From Deltaproteobacteria bacterium RIFCSPHIGHO2_02_FULL_44_16 (GTDB taxonomy: Bacteria; UBA10199; 2-02-FULL-44-16): a stretch of 64,000 bases of DNA. The stretch spans positions 19,925 through 83,924 of the forward strand of contig MGRM01000005.1 in NCBI GenBank assembly GCA_001798185.1. The letters run 5' to 3'. A program made the translations under genes and the position numbers. The notes under the pieces were generated by a model, which searched no databases, was not told the origin of the DNA, and worked only from the letters and a program-made list of their open reading frames with translations. This document shows, piece after piece, positions 27,577 through 37,125 of the stretch (the stretch's first letter is position 1; each line of letters starts with the position of its first letter).

Positions 27577-29780
27577 AAAATTTTTTTCTCCTTCTCTTCG
27601 TTCTGATTTCTGCCTGCAAAATAAGTTGCGCCGCCAATTTTACAGATGAATCTCTTTCTGAAAATAGCCAATCTTCCAGCCAACCTTCTGAGGTCGATGG
27701 GCAAAAATGTTTTTATTATCGTGATCAGGACCTTGATAGGTATGGCGATCCCCTGTCTGTGCTTGAAAATTGTTTTCCTCCTTCGGGTTATGTTGAAAAT
27801 GCGGATGACTGTGACGATAATGATGCTCAAGTGTTTCCAAAGCTTTGGTATTTAGATGCTGATGGCGATAGCTATGGAAATCCGTCACAAACGCTCAGAA
27901 GTTGTAATCCTCCCTTAAAGTATGTGCAAAATGCTACGGACTGCGATGATGCCGATGCTGCTATATCACCCAAAACTATTTGGTACGCTGATAAAGATGC
28001 GGATGGATTTCTGGGAAGAACGATTTCGTGCGCAAAACCAGAATCTTTTGTCCCTCAACTTGTTTTCATTCCAGAAGAGAGTATTGACTGTGATGATACG
28101 AAGAATGCAGTTTATCCGGGAGCGTTTGAATATATCGATCACATTGACCAAAACTGTGACGGAAAAATAAGAACTCTTTATTTAAAAGATATTTCTCCTG
28201 ACCATGTTTTTCATGGTGCTGAAAGAGGAGATAATACAGGTTTTGATCTTGCAGCAGGAGATTTTGATGGAGATGGATACGATGATATGTTGATCAGCGC
28301 TGTCTTTGCGGGATCTGACCTGAAAGGAAAAATTTATCTCATCTATGGAAAGCCTTCTCTGATACTTGATCAAGCTGATGCAACCCTTGTCGGAGAATTT
28401 TCAAATGATCATGCCGGTCAGTTTCTCTCCACATCTGGCGATGTGAATGCCGATGGTTGTGTCGATTTTCTGATTGGTGTTCCTGAATATTCAGATACCA
28501 TTCTGCAACGAGGGAAAACGTATCTCATTTATGGAAGTGGAGCCCGTTGTGCTTTTCCCCAACGATTAACAGGAACGAATAGTCTGACGTCTGTGGGCGC
28601 CGTCGGTGGAATTTCGGGCGCTACTTTTCTTGGAGTCAACAGAGAAGATTACAGCGGAGCAGATATTGCATCAGCGGGAGATATTGATGGAGATGGAAAG
28701 GACGATCTCCTTATTGGCGCGTATGGAGCAGATGCAACGGCGAATGCTTCCGGAAAGGTCTATCTTGTTTATGGAAAAGCGTTAAACGATGTGACCTGTA
28801 TGGATGGAACAAATCCCCATCAGATGAATCTGTCGATCCTGGAAACAGCGGCTGATGCACATTGTGGCCATGAGATTCTTGGCGAGGGAGGAGGAAGTCT
28901 CTTTGGAATTACATTAGCAGGAGTAGGGGATGTGAATCAAAATGGAACCGATGATCTCTTTATCGGTGCTTATGGTTTTAATCCGGATCCAAATCAGACC
29001 CAACCCGCGTACCAATATCAAGGAAAAGCTTACCTTTTTGATTTTGGAATCCTCGGAACGCCTGCAGGACAAAATATTCCGAGACGAATTTTTGCGAGCA
29101 CCGATACGAAGGCTTATTTTGGTGGATTTGCTTTGACTGGCTTAGATGATTGGCGTTCCTGTGCGAGTACTATTTCTGCTTTAGGAGATACGGATGGGGA
29201 CAGCGCCAATGACTTTATGCTGGGATGCTATGCGCTTGATAATCGAACCATTCAGATGCCGGATTCAGGCGGTGTGTATGTGATGTATGGTGGTGAGTAC
29301 ACGGGTGATATAGCGTCCGATGCTCTTTTTCTTCTTGGCACAGAGGATAATGGACAGCTTGCCCAGGAAAATCTTGCCTCTGGAGGAAATGTCAATCGTG
29401 ATGCTTTCGCTGATATTCTCATTGGTGCTTCGAGAGTGAACGGAGGGACATGGCCTGGAAAGTATGAAGCGGGAAAAACCTATTTGATCCTTGGCCGGAG
29501 CCGTGTTGATTTCGCAGCCGCGTATACGAATCAATTTTTAGATAATGTTGATCTCACCTTCAGAGAAGTCGGAGGGTTCGAATTTCTTGGGGAAGAGAGA
29601 TATGACGAAAGTGGTGCTGGTTTGGCAAGCGGTGATTTTGATGGCGATGGAGATACAGATATTCTCATCGGTGCTCCTGGGGATGAAGTGAATAAACTGT
29701 ATAAACATCAGAATTTTGAATCTCAGGCAAATCCACCGCGACCTGGAAAGGTTTATTTTGTTGAATCCAGGTATGAATAA
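27573..29780 (+). CDS. FG-GAP repeat lipoprotein with N-terminal cysteine-containing CDD repeats.
   Basis: A lipobox (LISAC) is followed by three DCDDxDAxxxP repeats. Multiple FG-GAP/Ca-binding DxDGDG motifs follow (DFDGDGYDDMLIS, DIDGDGKDDLLIGA, DFDGDGDTDILIGAPG). It overlaps the dprE2-like gene in an ATGA junction. Confidence 0.7.
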   Translation: MKNFFLLLFVLISACKISCAANFTDESLSENSQSSSQPSEVDGQKCFYYRDQDLDRYGDPLSVLENCFPPSGYVENADDCDDNDAQVFPKLWYLDADGDSYGNPSQTLRSCNPPLKYVQNATDCDDADAAISPKTIWYADKDADGFLGRTISCAKPESFVPQLVFIPEESIDCDDTKNAVYPGAFEYIDHIDQNCDGKIRTLYLKDISPDHVFHGAERGDNTGFDLAAGDFDGDGYDDMLISAVFAGSDLKGKIYLIYGKPSLILDQADATLVGEFSNDHAGQFLSTSGDVNADGCVDFLIGVPEYSDTILQRGKTYLIYGSGARCAFPQRLTGTNSLTSVGAVGGISGATFLGVNREDYSGADIASAGDIDGDGKDDLLIGAYGADATANASGKVYLVYGKALNDVTCMDGTNPHQMNLSILETAADAHCGHEILGEGGGSLFGITLAGVGDVNQNGTDDLFIGAYGFNPDPNQTQPAYQYQGKAYLFDFGILGTPAGQNIPRRIFASTDTKAYFGGFALTGLDDWRSCASTISALGDTDGDSANDFMLGCYALDNRTIQMPDSGGVYVMYGGEYTGDIASDALFLLGTEDNGQLAQENLASGGNVNRDAFADILIGASRVNGGTWPGKYEAGKTYLILGRSRVDFAAAYTNQFLDNVDLTFREVGGFEFLGEERYDESGAGLASGDFDGDGDTDILIGAPGDEVNKLYKHQNFESQANPPRPGKVYFVESRYE

Positions 29781-30648
29781 ACCTTCAGTGTTAGTCTCCA
29801 TTCTGGCTTATAATCATTTCGATGATTTAATAGAAACGATTCGATGCTTGAAGGCTCAATCCTACAAAGATTTTCATCTTCAGGTGATTGATAACGCATC
29901 CACTGATAATATCGTCCCGAGATTAAAAGAAATCTATTCTGATATTGATGTGATTCAACTGACAAAAAACAGAGGATATACCGGTGGAAACAATGTTGCG
30001 CTCGAAAAAGGTTTTCAACAAGGATATGAATATACCTTCATTCTCAACGATGATATTTCGGTTGAAGTCAATTTTCTCGCGCATCTTATAGAGACGGCAA
30101 AAAGCGATGTTGATTGTGGAGTTGTGGGCGTTATTGAAGAAGATTTTTATACAGGAAAAATAAGAACAATCGGGGGAAGTTCATTTCATTTTCGAAGGGC
30201 GCGAGGGCAATGGTTGAAAGATATTCCAAAATTAGCATCGAACTCTTTACAGGTGGATTATGTTCAAGGCGCTGCTCTTCTGTTTACTGCACGTGCTTTA
30301 GCGCAAGGAATTCGATTTGATGAAAAACTTTTTATGTACTGTGAAGAGATCGATTTGGGATTTCAACTGCGTGAAAAGAAACTCAAAGCTCTTGTGGATC
30401 TGAGAACTCGAGTACGACATAAATCAGTTCCCGGGAAATGGAATTCTTTTCAAGCGTATTATCTTCAACGCAATCGGCTCTATTTATGTCGCAAGTATGG
30501 TTCGCGTGCGATTTTTTTTCAGGCCTGTTGTTATATGTGCTTTATTGAGTTGCCGCTAAAGATGGTGTTGAGAACGCTTCAGGGTCATCCTCGTTTTGCG
30601 TGGGCTTGCGTTCGAGGATGTAAAGCCGCTGTAGAAAATAATATATGA
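29773..30648 (+). CDS. GT2 family glycosyltransferase.
   Basis: VSILAYNHFDDLIETIRCLKAQSYKDF...VIDNASTD is a GT-A signature. Confidence 0.75.
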   Translation: MNKPSVLVSILAYNHFDDLIETIRCLKAQSYKDFHLQVIDNASTDNIVPRLKEIYSDIDVIQLTKNRGYTGGNNVALEKGFQQGYEYTFILNDDISVEVNFLAHLIETAKSDVDCGVVGVIEEDFYTGKIRTIGGSSFHFRRARGQWLKDIPKLASNSLQVDYVQGAALLFTARALAQGIRFDEKLFMYCEEIDLGFQLREKKLKALVDLRTRVRHKSVPGKWNSFQAYYLQRNRLYLCRKYGSRAIFFQACCYMCFIELPLKMVLRTLQGHPRFAWACVRGCKAAVENNI

Positions 30649-32060
30649 TGAAGACACAACATGCAATTCGGATACATCCTGCGGTATTTGTTTATGTATT
30701 AGCGTTTGTTTCTCCATTTGCGATTTATGGAATTGGTATCGGTGAAGTTGGTTTTACGCCGATCAATTTTTTGAGTATTCTTTTTTTTCCTGCTTTTCTG
30801 ATGTTCTTTTTATTTAAGAATTGGTCATTAAAAAATTTAACTCTCGTGGGAGTTCTTCATCTTGCATATTTTGTTTTTGCATTTCTTGCTTCTGCATTTG
30901 CGACGAAACATATGGCAGCTGTCAGAGGGTCCGTTGGATATCTAATTGATTTTTTTCTCTGTTACCTTTTTGCCGTTTATTTTATTCAAGAAGAAAAACA
31001 GATTCGAACGGTTCTGAAAATATTTATTTTTGTAGGCGCTGTGAATGCCGTCATGGGACTCGTACAATTTGGTGGATTTTTCTTTTTTGGAGAAATGATT
31101 GCTCCTCCTTTTGTTCATTTCTTTCATGAAGAAGTCTCTACGAAAAATTTTGGCTATGGAACAGGCCTCTTCTCTATTGCTGGATTTATGAAGATGTATG
31201 GATTTTTAGGAGCAGGCTCTGATGCTTTTGGGGGATACACGCTCATTTCTCTCGCTTTTTCGATGTACTTTTTCCAAAGAAAAAAGAATTTTTTCTACGC
31301 TTTTCTTATCGTATTTTTTGGAATCACTTTATTGCTCAGTTGTGCGCGTAACGCGTATGTGGGAACACTTTTCTTTTTTCTTTTCCTCTATTTTTTTTAC
31401 CGTCCTCTCAAGGAAAAAATATTTCAACGCATCTTCAAGGTCTTTAGCCTCGTTTTCATTGTTATTTTTCTTGTGGGGGGGGGTTATATCACACAGAACA
31501 TGAAGGCCTTTGAAAGCGCAGAAATTCAGGTTTCAGCCACTTCTGCATATAAAACGCCAATTTTTTTACTTCAAAGAGTGAATCCTTTTGCTTCTGCGAG
31601 CTTTCAAATCTCTCTGGTCGATTTTTTTTGGGGACATCTCAAATATGCACTTGTTCATGGTTTTGATAATTTTGGTTTAGGGATGGGATTGCAAAATTTT
31701 GATGACTATGTCTCTGCAATCTATGGAGTGAAATATGGATCTCATTCAGACTTTATTTTGACGCTTGGAGGAAGTGGTTATATTGGGCTCCTGATTCAAA
31801 TGTTGATCATTTTTTGTACCATACGCTATGGTCTTAAGGCCTACTATCAACAGCCTCGTGAAAATATAGATTCTCTTCCACTCTTTTTAACAGCATTATT
31901 TGTGGGAATGGTAGCGATTGGAATCGTCAGAACGTTTTACTTCGTTCCCTATAATTTTCTTATCATCGGATTGATTGTCAGATTGTATACGATAAAAGCG
32001 AATGAGTATCGAGAAGCTGGCGCTATACAATCCTACAACAAAAAGAAAAACGGAAAATGA
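30645..32060 (+). CDS. O-antigen ligase / Wzy-type polymerase family membrane protein.
   Basis: The 471-aa protein has about 10-12 predicted transmembrane helices and a Wzy_C-like central region. Confidence 0.5.
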   Translation: MMKTQHAIRIHPAVFVYVLAFVSPFAIYGIGIGEVGFTPINFLSILFFPAFLMFFLFKNWSLKNLTLVGVLHLAYFVFAFLASAFATKHMAAVRGSVGYLIDFFLCYLFAVYFIQEEKQIRTVLKIFIFVGAVNAVMGLVQFGGFFFFGEMIAPPFVHFFHEEVSTKNFGYGTGLFSIAGFMKMYGFLGAGSDAFGGYTLISLAFSMYFFQRKKNFFYAFLIVFFGITLLLSCARNAYVGTLFFFLFLYFFYRPLKEKIFQRIFKVFSLVFIVIFLVGGGYITQNMKAFESAEIQVSATSAYKTPIFLLQRVNPFASASFQISLVDFFWGHLKYALVHGFDNFGLGMGLQNFDDYVSAIYGVKYGSHSDFILTLGGSGYIGLLIQMLIIFCTIRYGLKAYYQQPRENIDSLPLFLTALFVGMVAIGIVRTFYFVPYNFLIIGLIVRLYTIKANEYREAGAIQSYNKKKNGK

Positions 32061-33221
32061 TGCCATGTTTGTCGAGAGTGGGATATGGTGAAATAAAAAA
32101 GGAAGCCAGATGACAAGACAATGAATTGTCAGAAGAGATATTTTTTCTTTTTTCCCAAAACGTAAAGAAGGAGCCAGTAAAAAAGGAAGAGCGATCCAAA
32201 AAAGAGGCCAACCATAGGCCATGAGGCGAAAACCTCCGGGTCCCAAAACAGGACCAAGAATGAATGAAAAGAATCCGTAGAAAAAAAGAATAAAAAATCC
32301 AAGAGGCATTTTTCGAAGGGCGTGAGAACGTAAGAAAAAAAGAAGAAAAAGCGGCCCAATACCAAAAACTGTCAGCAATGATATCAATGTGTGCAGAGGT
32401 TGCGAAAAATCAAAACCACAAAAACCGATGTTTTGAATTTTTCCAAAAGTGAGCCAAGCAGGAAGAGTTTTTGTAAAAGAAGGTGAACAGTAATCGAGTG
32501 TATTGGTCCAGATATTGAGTCCTAAAAAATTACCGCAAAAATTAAAAATCATTTTTGCAGGGATATAAAAGAGATTTGAAAGCTGGTGTTTGTTCGGAAG
32601 TCCATGATGGCTCAAATATCCCGAGAGCAGCATGCTTCCGAGCGAAATAAAAATGGTGGTTGCAGCTAAAGTCCACCGCTTGTGAAAGAAAAAACAAGCT
32701 GTCAAAACCAACGAAAGAAGAAGTGTTGCTTCTCGTGTGAGAAAGAGAGGGATGAGAAGCAAGAGCGCAAGAGAGTACTTTTTCTTTACGAGCAAGAAAG
32801 AAAAAAAAGCAACTTCAACGCCGTAAAAAAGATCATGCAATTCGTAATCATAAAACATTTGACTGAGAGCCGGTGTCAGGAGGAGAGGGATGGCCGTCCA
32901 TGCCGGCAAATCTGCTTGCTTTATGAAGTAGGTCAGAAGAAAACAAAAGAAAAAGAGGTTGATCAAAGCAATAAAAAAAAATGATTTCCAAAGCTCAAGG
33001 GAAGTCAGTGCTGAAAATGCTTTTACGAAATAGGGATGAAGAATTCTTTTATTAAAAGGTTGGGGAACATCTGATATTTCCCCCTTTGCGATATGCGTAT
33101 AATATTTTCCGTCAGGCATTTTATAGATTGGATTGATGTGAGGAAGTTTATTCCATGAAACAAGAAACGTCGCCAAAAATAGAGTGAAAGAGATGAATCC
33201 TATTGATGCAAGCCTTTTCAT
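31896..33221 (-). CDS. Polytopic membrane protein, possibly a GT-C fold glycosyltransferase that uses a polyprenyl-phosphate sugar donor.
   Basis: This is a 441-aa ORF with about 11 hydrophobic helices and an acidic YDYELHD motif after the first helices. It is the only minus-strand gene in this part of the locus. Its 3' end overlaps the convergent gene by 165 bp. Confidence 0.5.
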   Translation of the reverse strand: MKRLASIGFISFTLFLATFLVSWNKLPHINPIYKMPDGKYYTHIAKGEISDVPQPFNKRILHPYFVKAFSALTSLELWKSFFFIALINLFFFCFLLTYFIKQADLPAWTAIPLLLTPALSQMFYDYELHDLFYGVEVAFFSFLLVKKKYSLALLLLIPLFLTREATLLLSLVLTACFFFHKRWTLAATTIFISLGSMLLSGYLSHHGLPNKHQLSNLFYIPAKMIFNFCGNFLGLNIWTNTLDYCSPSFTKTLPAWLTFGKIQNIGFCGFDFSQPLHTLISLLTVFGIGPLFLLFFLRSHALRKMPLGFFILFFYGFFSFILGPVLGPGGFRLMAYGWPLFWIALPFLLAPSLRFGKKEKISLLTIHCLVIWLPFLFHHIPLSTNMASFSVFLFVVGLYSASFSILIRFYRIQSDNQSDDKKIIGNEVKRSDDSNRYHSHK

Positions 33222-33306
33222 GTGGTTGATTTAATTCCTTCATTCCCTTTCGTCAATCGGATGTCGACTAAAGAAAGATCGTCAAGAAAGATCAAAGAGA
33301 AGATTT
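33222..33306. promoter_or_regulatory. Divergent intergenic region, a putative bidirectional promoter.
   Basis: This 85-bp AT-rich non-coding gap lies between divergently transcribed genes. No clear sigma70 boxes were identified by eye. Confidence 0.25.
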
Positions 33307-34500
33307 ATGAAAATACTCCTCCTTACTTCTGGTATTCTCCCCGACACGCACAGTGGTATTGCAAAAGTCGCCTATTATACAGGACGAGAATTGTGTGAGA
33401 GTGGCCATCAGGTGGTTGTTTTAACACGGCGTTATAAGGAGCATCATGCAGTCACTGAGGAAATCAACGGAATGCATTATTATCGTATTCCTTATCCCGA
33501 TCGATGGGGAGTTTTTCATGTGACGTGGCCTCTGGTTGCTGCCGTCAAATCATGGATATGGCAAAAGCGGATTCACCGCATTCATCCGGATGTGGATGCG
33601 GTCTGGATTTTGAACCCATGGTGGACGTTGTTGCTCAACCCTCGTAAACTTTGGCCCCGTGCAAAGCTTATCTGTCAATTTTATGGGAATCCGTATGATG
33701 AAATCACCGCAAATAATGGCAAGACGTTCAAAGCTCGTCTTTTTGCACGACTCTACATGGCGGTTTCAAAACAGTGTATGCGTCTCTCTCATTATGTGGC
33801 GATGCCAAGTCAATTTGCCTATGATGACGCTGTTGCCATGATGGGGGCAAATGCCCAAAAAAAATTAGTTCTTATTCCGCATGGTGTGGACGTTGATTGT
33901 TATCGGACTGCATCGTCAGAGGAAAAACAGGATTTAAAGAAAAAACTTCAGTTGCCACATGACAGGCCCATCTTTATAACAGCTCGAGGGCTTAAACGTC
34001 GAACGGGAGTGGATAAACTCATTACCGCTGCATCTCTTTTAAAAAAAGAGGGATTCCTCTTTTATCTTGTGGTGATTGGAAAGGGCCCCATGAAAGAAGC
34101 CATTCAACAACAGATTCAGGCTCTGCGTCTCGACGATTCCGTAACATTGTTAAGTGATCTTTCCGAAGAAAAACTTGCAGCGTATTATCGAGCGAGTGAT
34201 GTTTTTGTCCTTCCCACACAAGCAGCTGAGGCTTTCGGGCTTGCAACGATTGAAGCCATTGCAGCAGGGCTTGTTGCGTTTGGCACGAACAATGGCGCAA
34301 CTCCAGAAATCCTCAACCGTTATCAGCCGGAATGGATTATTCCGGGAAGTGATGAAAAAAGTATTTATCATAAAATGAAAGAATTTTGTCGGGATCCGCA
34401 AAAGTTTACGATCCCTTATGAGGATATGAAAGCGATCACGGCCAAACATTATAGTTGGACAAGTGCAGCAAAGAAATTTGCTCATACTTGTTCCCATTGA
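33307..34500 (+). CDS. GT4 (GT-B) family glycosyltransferase.
   Basis: The C-terminal EAFGLATIEAIAAGLVAFGTNNGATPEIL is a GT1/GT4 donor-binding motif. Confidence 0.75.
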   Translation: MKILLLTSGILPDTHSGIAKVAYYTGRELCESGHQVVVLTRRYKEHHAVTEEINGMHYYRIPYPDRWGVFHVTWPLVAAVKSWIWQKRIHRIHPDVDAVWILNPWWTLLLNPRKLWPRAKLICQFYGNPYDEITANNGKTFKARLFARLYMAVSKQCMRLSHYVAMPSQFAYDDAVAMMGANAQKKLVLIPHGVDVDCYRTASSEEKQDLKKKLQLPHDRPIFITARGLKRRTGVDKLITAASLLKKEGFLFYLVVIGKGPMKEAIQQQIQALRLDDSVTLLSDLSEEKLAAYYRASDVFVLPTQAAEAFGLATIEAIAAGLVAFGTNNGATPEILNRYQPEWIIPGSDEKSIYHKMKEFCRDPQKFTIPYEDMKAITAKHYSWTSAAKKFAHTCSH

Positions 34501-34510
34501 AATAAACAAA

Positions 34511-36427
34511 ATGTATTATTTCTTTCAGAAAAAATGGAGATGGTTCAAAAAGCACCTTATCGGTTGTTATCGATTACTCCGATATGGATCTTTCGAAAAA
34601 GTTGCATTTTTTGAGATCACGACTCCTGAAAATATTTTTGGACCTTCATTTTTTGACTTTATTGCTTGTATCCCCCGTGTTCTTCAAGAGATGGCATGGA
34701 CCTTGGTTCGGACATATCAAACAACATTTTGGGAATCCTGCGTTCTGAAGCCCGATCATCTCTCTCGTCCTTTTGAAGGAGATTATGGAAAGTTTCGAGT
34801 GAGAAGCATTTATAGGAATGCTTTTTCCCTTTTTCACTCACGTTGCGGGAAAATACATCTCGATCTTGCAAATGATTCGGATGCGGAAGGTTTTTATTTT
34901 TCTATTGGAAAACAATTTATCACAATGAAAAAAGGCGTTTTGGAAATTTTTCTTGAAAGCGATGGAAATTCAACCAAAATATTTTCGAAACCCTTACAAA
35001 TGCTTCGTCATAATTGGAACTGGTTCTATTTTTCTTTGGATACTTTGAAGAACATCTCCAAGCACTCTCATTATATTGGCGCAAAATATGATTTTAGGTG
35101 GAATCTTAGCGAGAAAAAGAGAAAGGTATTTATTTCTACGCTTATAATCAAAAGAAAAAAACAAGAAAGAATTTTCCTTCTTCTTGTTGCTGATGCTGTG
35201 CGTCCATCAGATATAGGACTGTATGGTCAATCCTCTTTGACCCCTCATCTCGATACATTTTTTTCTTCGGGTGCAGTTTTCCGAAATAGTTTTGCGCAAA
35301 GCAATTGGACTCTTCCTGTCTTTGCCTCTCTAGCAACGTCTCAATATGCTTCACAGCACGGGGTTGTTGATCCAGACATCTACTTGCGATGTCTTCCACC
35401 TCATGTTCCGACATTAGCGGAACTTATGCGTGCAAATGGTTTTTTTACATATGCTTCTGTGGCACACCATCGTTGCAATCATTCCATTGGTCACCATCGA
35501 GGTTATGAATATTTTGATTATTCGCAAACAGTAGAGGTGAAATATAACTCCATGGGAATCCCTGGAAAAAATAATATGTACCGGCAACTTCAAAACCTTT
35601 GTGCGCGATTGGATAATTTCCGTGGCGCTGATTTTTTTGGAATGGTTCATTTTTTTGATACACATATTCCTTATCTTTATAATCGTAATGAACTTAATAC
35701 ACGTCATCTTCTTTTTCAGAAATCAGTGGACCAATGTGTCATGGAATCCCTTTCTCATAAATTGAAAGGAGAAGAATATCACTATCTTCTTTATAGATAT
35801 CAGATGCGATTAGCTGAGCTGGATCAAGCTCTTCTCAAAGTATTTAGGATCCTTAAAAAAAGAGAGAAAGTAACTGTCATTTTTATGTCGGATCATGGTT
35901 TTTCTTTTGAAAATCCGCTTGCTTGGGATTTGTCTTTTGATAAAATCGAAACTCCCTTTTTAATCCGCTCCAATGAGTTTGATCTTCAACGAGGAATACA
36001 GAATCGTATGGTTGAGTCTTCGCTTGATGTTCTTCCAACAATAACAAACCTTTATAATATCCAAGATTCTGTTCTGCGATCTGGAACTCCTTTATTTGAT
36101 CATGTGGGGAAAATAATATTAAAAGAATATGCAATTTCAGAGCACGTCTATGACGACATTTATCAGTTGCGTCTCATCGGAAAAGAAAAACTCTCCCTTC
36201 TTTTTGAAACAAGCCGACATCGAAAGACAGGATCAATTGATATTGATGGAATGAGGTTGAAAAACTGTTGTTATCAAGGACTTTCACCGAGTATCGGGAA
36301 CCATCTCTTTTTAAGTTTTCTTGAAAAAGCCAAGCTTCCATTTTCTTTAAAAAAGAAATTACAACAACTGATCAGTCAAAATGCACTTCAAGATCAACCT
36401 GAAGTTGCAAGTGAAGGAGCTCTATGA
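34511..36427 (+). CDS. Sulfatase-like (alkaline-phosphatase-superfamily) protein, paralog 2.
   Basis: It is collinear with paralog 1 (LLLVADAVRPSDIGLYGQ, SNWTLPVFASLATSQYASQHGVVDPD, FFGMVHFFDTHIPY). The start was moved to the ATG at 34511. Confidence 0.65.
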   Translation: MYYFFQKKWRWFKKHLIGCYRLLRYGSFEKVAFFEITTPENIFGPSFFDFIACIPRVLQEMAWTLVRTYQTTFWESCVLKPDHLSRPFEGDYGKFRVRSIYRNAFSLFHSRCGKIHLDLANDSDAEGFYFSIGKQFITMKKGVLEIFLESDGNSTKIFSKPLQMLRHNWNWFYFSLDTLKNISKHSHYIGAKYDFRWNLSEKKRKVFISTLIIKRKKQERIFLLLVADAVRPSDIGLYGQSSLTPHLDTFFSSGAVFRNSFAQSNWTLPVFASLATSQYASQHGVVDPDIYLRCLPPHVPTLAELMRANGFFTYASVAHHRCNHSIGHHRGYEYFDYSQTVEVKYNSMGIPGKNNMYRQLQNLCARLDNFRGADFFGMVHFFDTHIPYLYNRNELNTRHLLFQKSVDQCVMESLSHKLKGEEYHYLLYRYQMRLAELDQALLKVFRILKKREKVTVIFMSDHGFSFENPLAWDLSFDKIETPFLIRSNEFDLQRGIQNRMVESSLDVLPTITNLYNIQDSVLRSGTPLFDHVGKIILKEYAISEHVYDDIYQLRLIGKEKLSLLFETSRHRKTGSIDIDGMRLKNCCYQGLSPSIGNHLFLSFLEKAKLPFSLKKKLQQLISQNALQDQPEVASEGAL

Positions 36428-37125
36428 ATTTTACTGAATTTTGCGCGAAATCTTATCCTGAAAAATCAGTGTTTGATCGAAAACAATTTGACCCGTTTAC
36501 GAATTTCGTCAAATGGTTTGCGATGCGTTTTGGGTATTTTCTTTTTCAAGGTGGTGTCACCGCAAATACGCTCGATGTTCTTGCTCTTTTACTTTCTTTC
36601 CTCGGTTTTTTCTTTTTCTCGACGGCAAGAGATGGACATATCGTGCTTCCTTTTCTTGGGATTGCACTGCTTTATTTTCATATTTTTGTTGATTTTGTGG
36701 ATGGCACCCTTGCCAAAGCTTCAGGAACGACGAGCCTTTTAGGACATTATCTGGACGAAATTGGTTGTGATATCGATCGTATGCTTTTGCTCGTTTTATT
36801 TGGTGTGTATACGGGGAAAATATTTTTTATTCTTGGTAATTGTTTTGCGGTTGGTATTCTCATTCGTTTAGCCCCCTTAACAAAAAAAGAACTTCCGACC
36901 ACAGGAAAAATCGGGGCGTTATGTCGTTTGTATGTCTACAAATACTCCTTTCTTTCAGTACGGTTTATGTTAGCGATTCTTCCCCTTTTATTGGGACTTG
37001 TTCTCTTGATGAGATGGGATCTTCAGTTGCTTTCAACGCTCCTCTCTCTTTTTTATGAGATCGCTGCAGTCGTTTGGCTTTTTTTATGTATTCCTCAATT
37101 TAAAGAGAAAGCGAAGGTGGTGTGA
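36424..37125 (+). CDS. CDP-alcohol phosphatidyltransferase family membrane protein.
   Basis: DFVDGTLAKASGTTSLLGHYLDEIGCDIDR fits the D(x)2DG(x)2AR...G(x)3D(x)3D motif. Confidence 0.7.
   Translation: MNFTEFCAKSYPEKSVFDRKQFDPFTNFVKWFAMRFGYFLFQGGVTANTLDVLALLLSFLGFFFFSTARDGHIVLPFLGIALLYFHIFVDFVDGTLAKASGTTSLLGHYLDEIGCDIDRMLLLVLFGVYTGKIFFILGNCFAVGILIRLAPLTKKELPTTGKIGALCRLYVYKYSFLSVRFMLAILPLLLGLVLLMRWDLQLLSTLLSLFYEIAAVVWLFLCIPQFKEKAKVV

Noticed and set aside
32682-32984. Plus-strand 100-aa ORF rich in K/E/R (…RKKKCCFSCEKERDEKQERKR…).
   Set aside because: It is low-complexity, lies antisense to the 441-aa membrane protein gene and has no RBS, so it is a spurious ORF.
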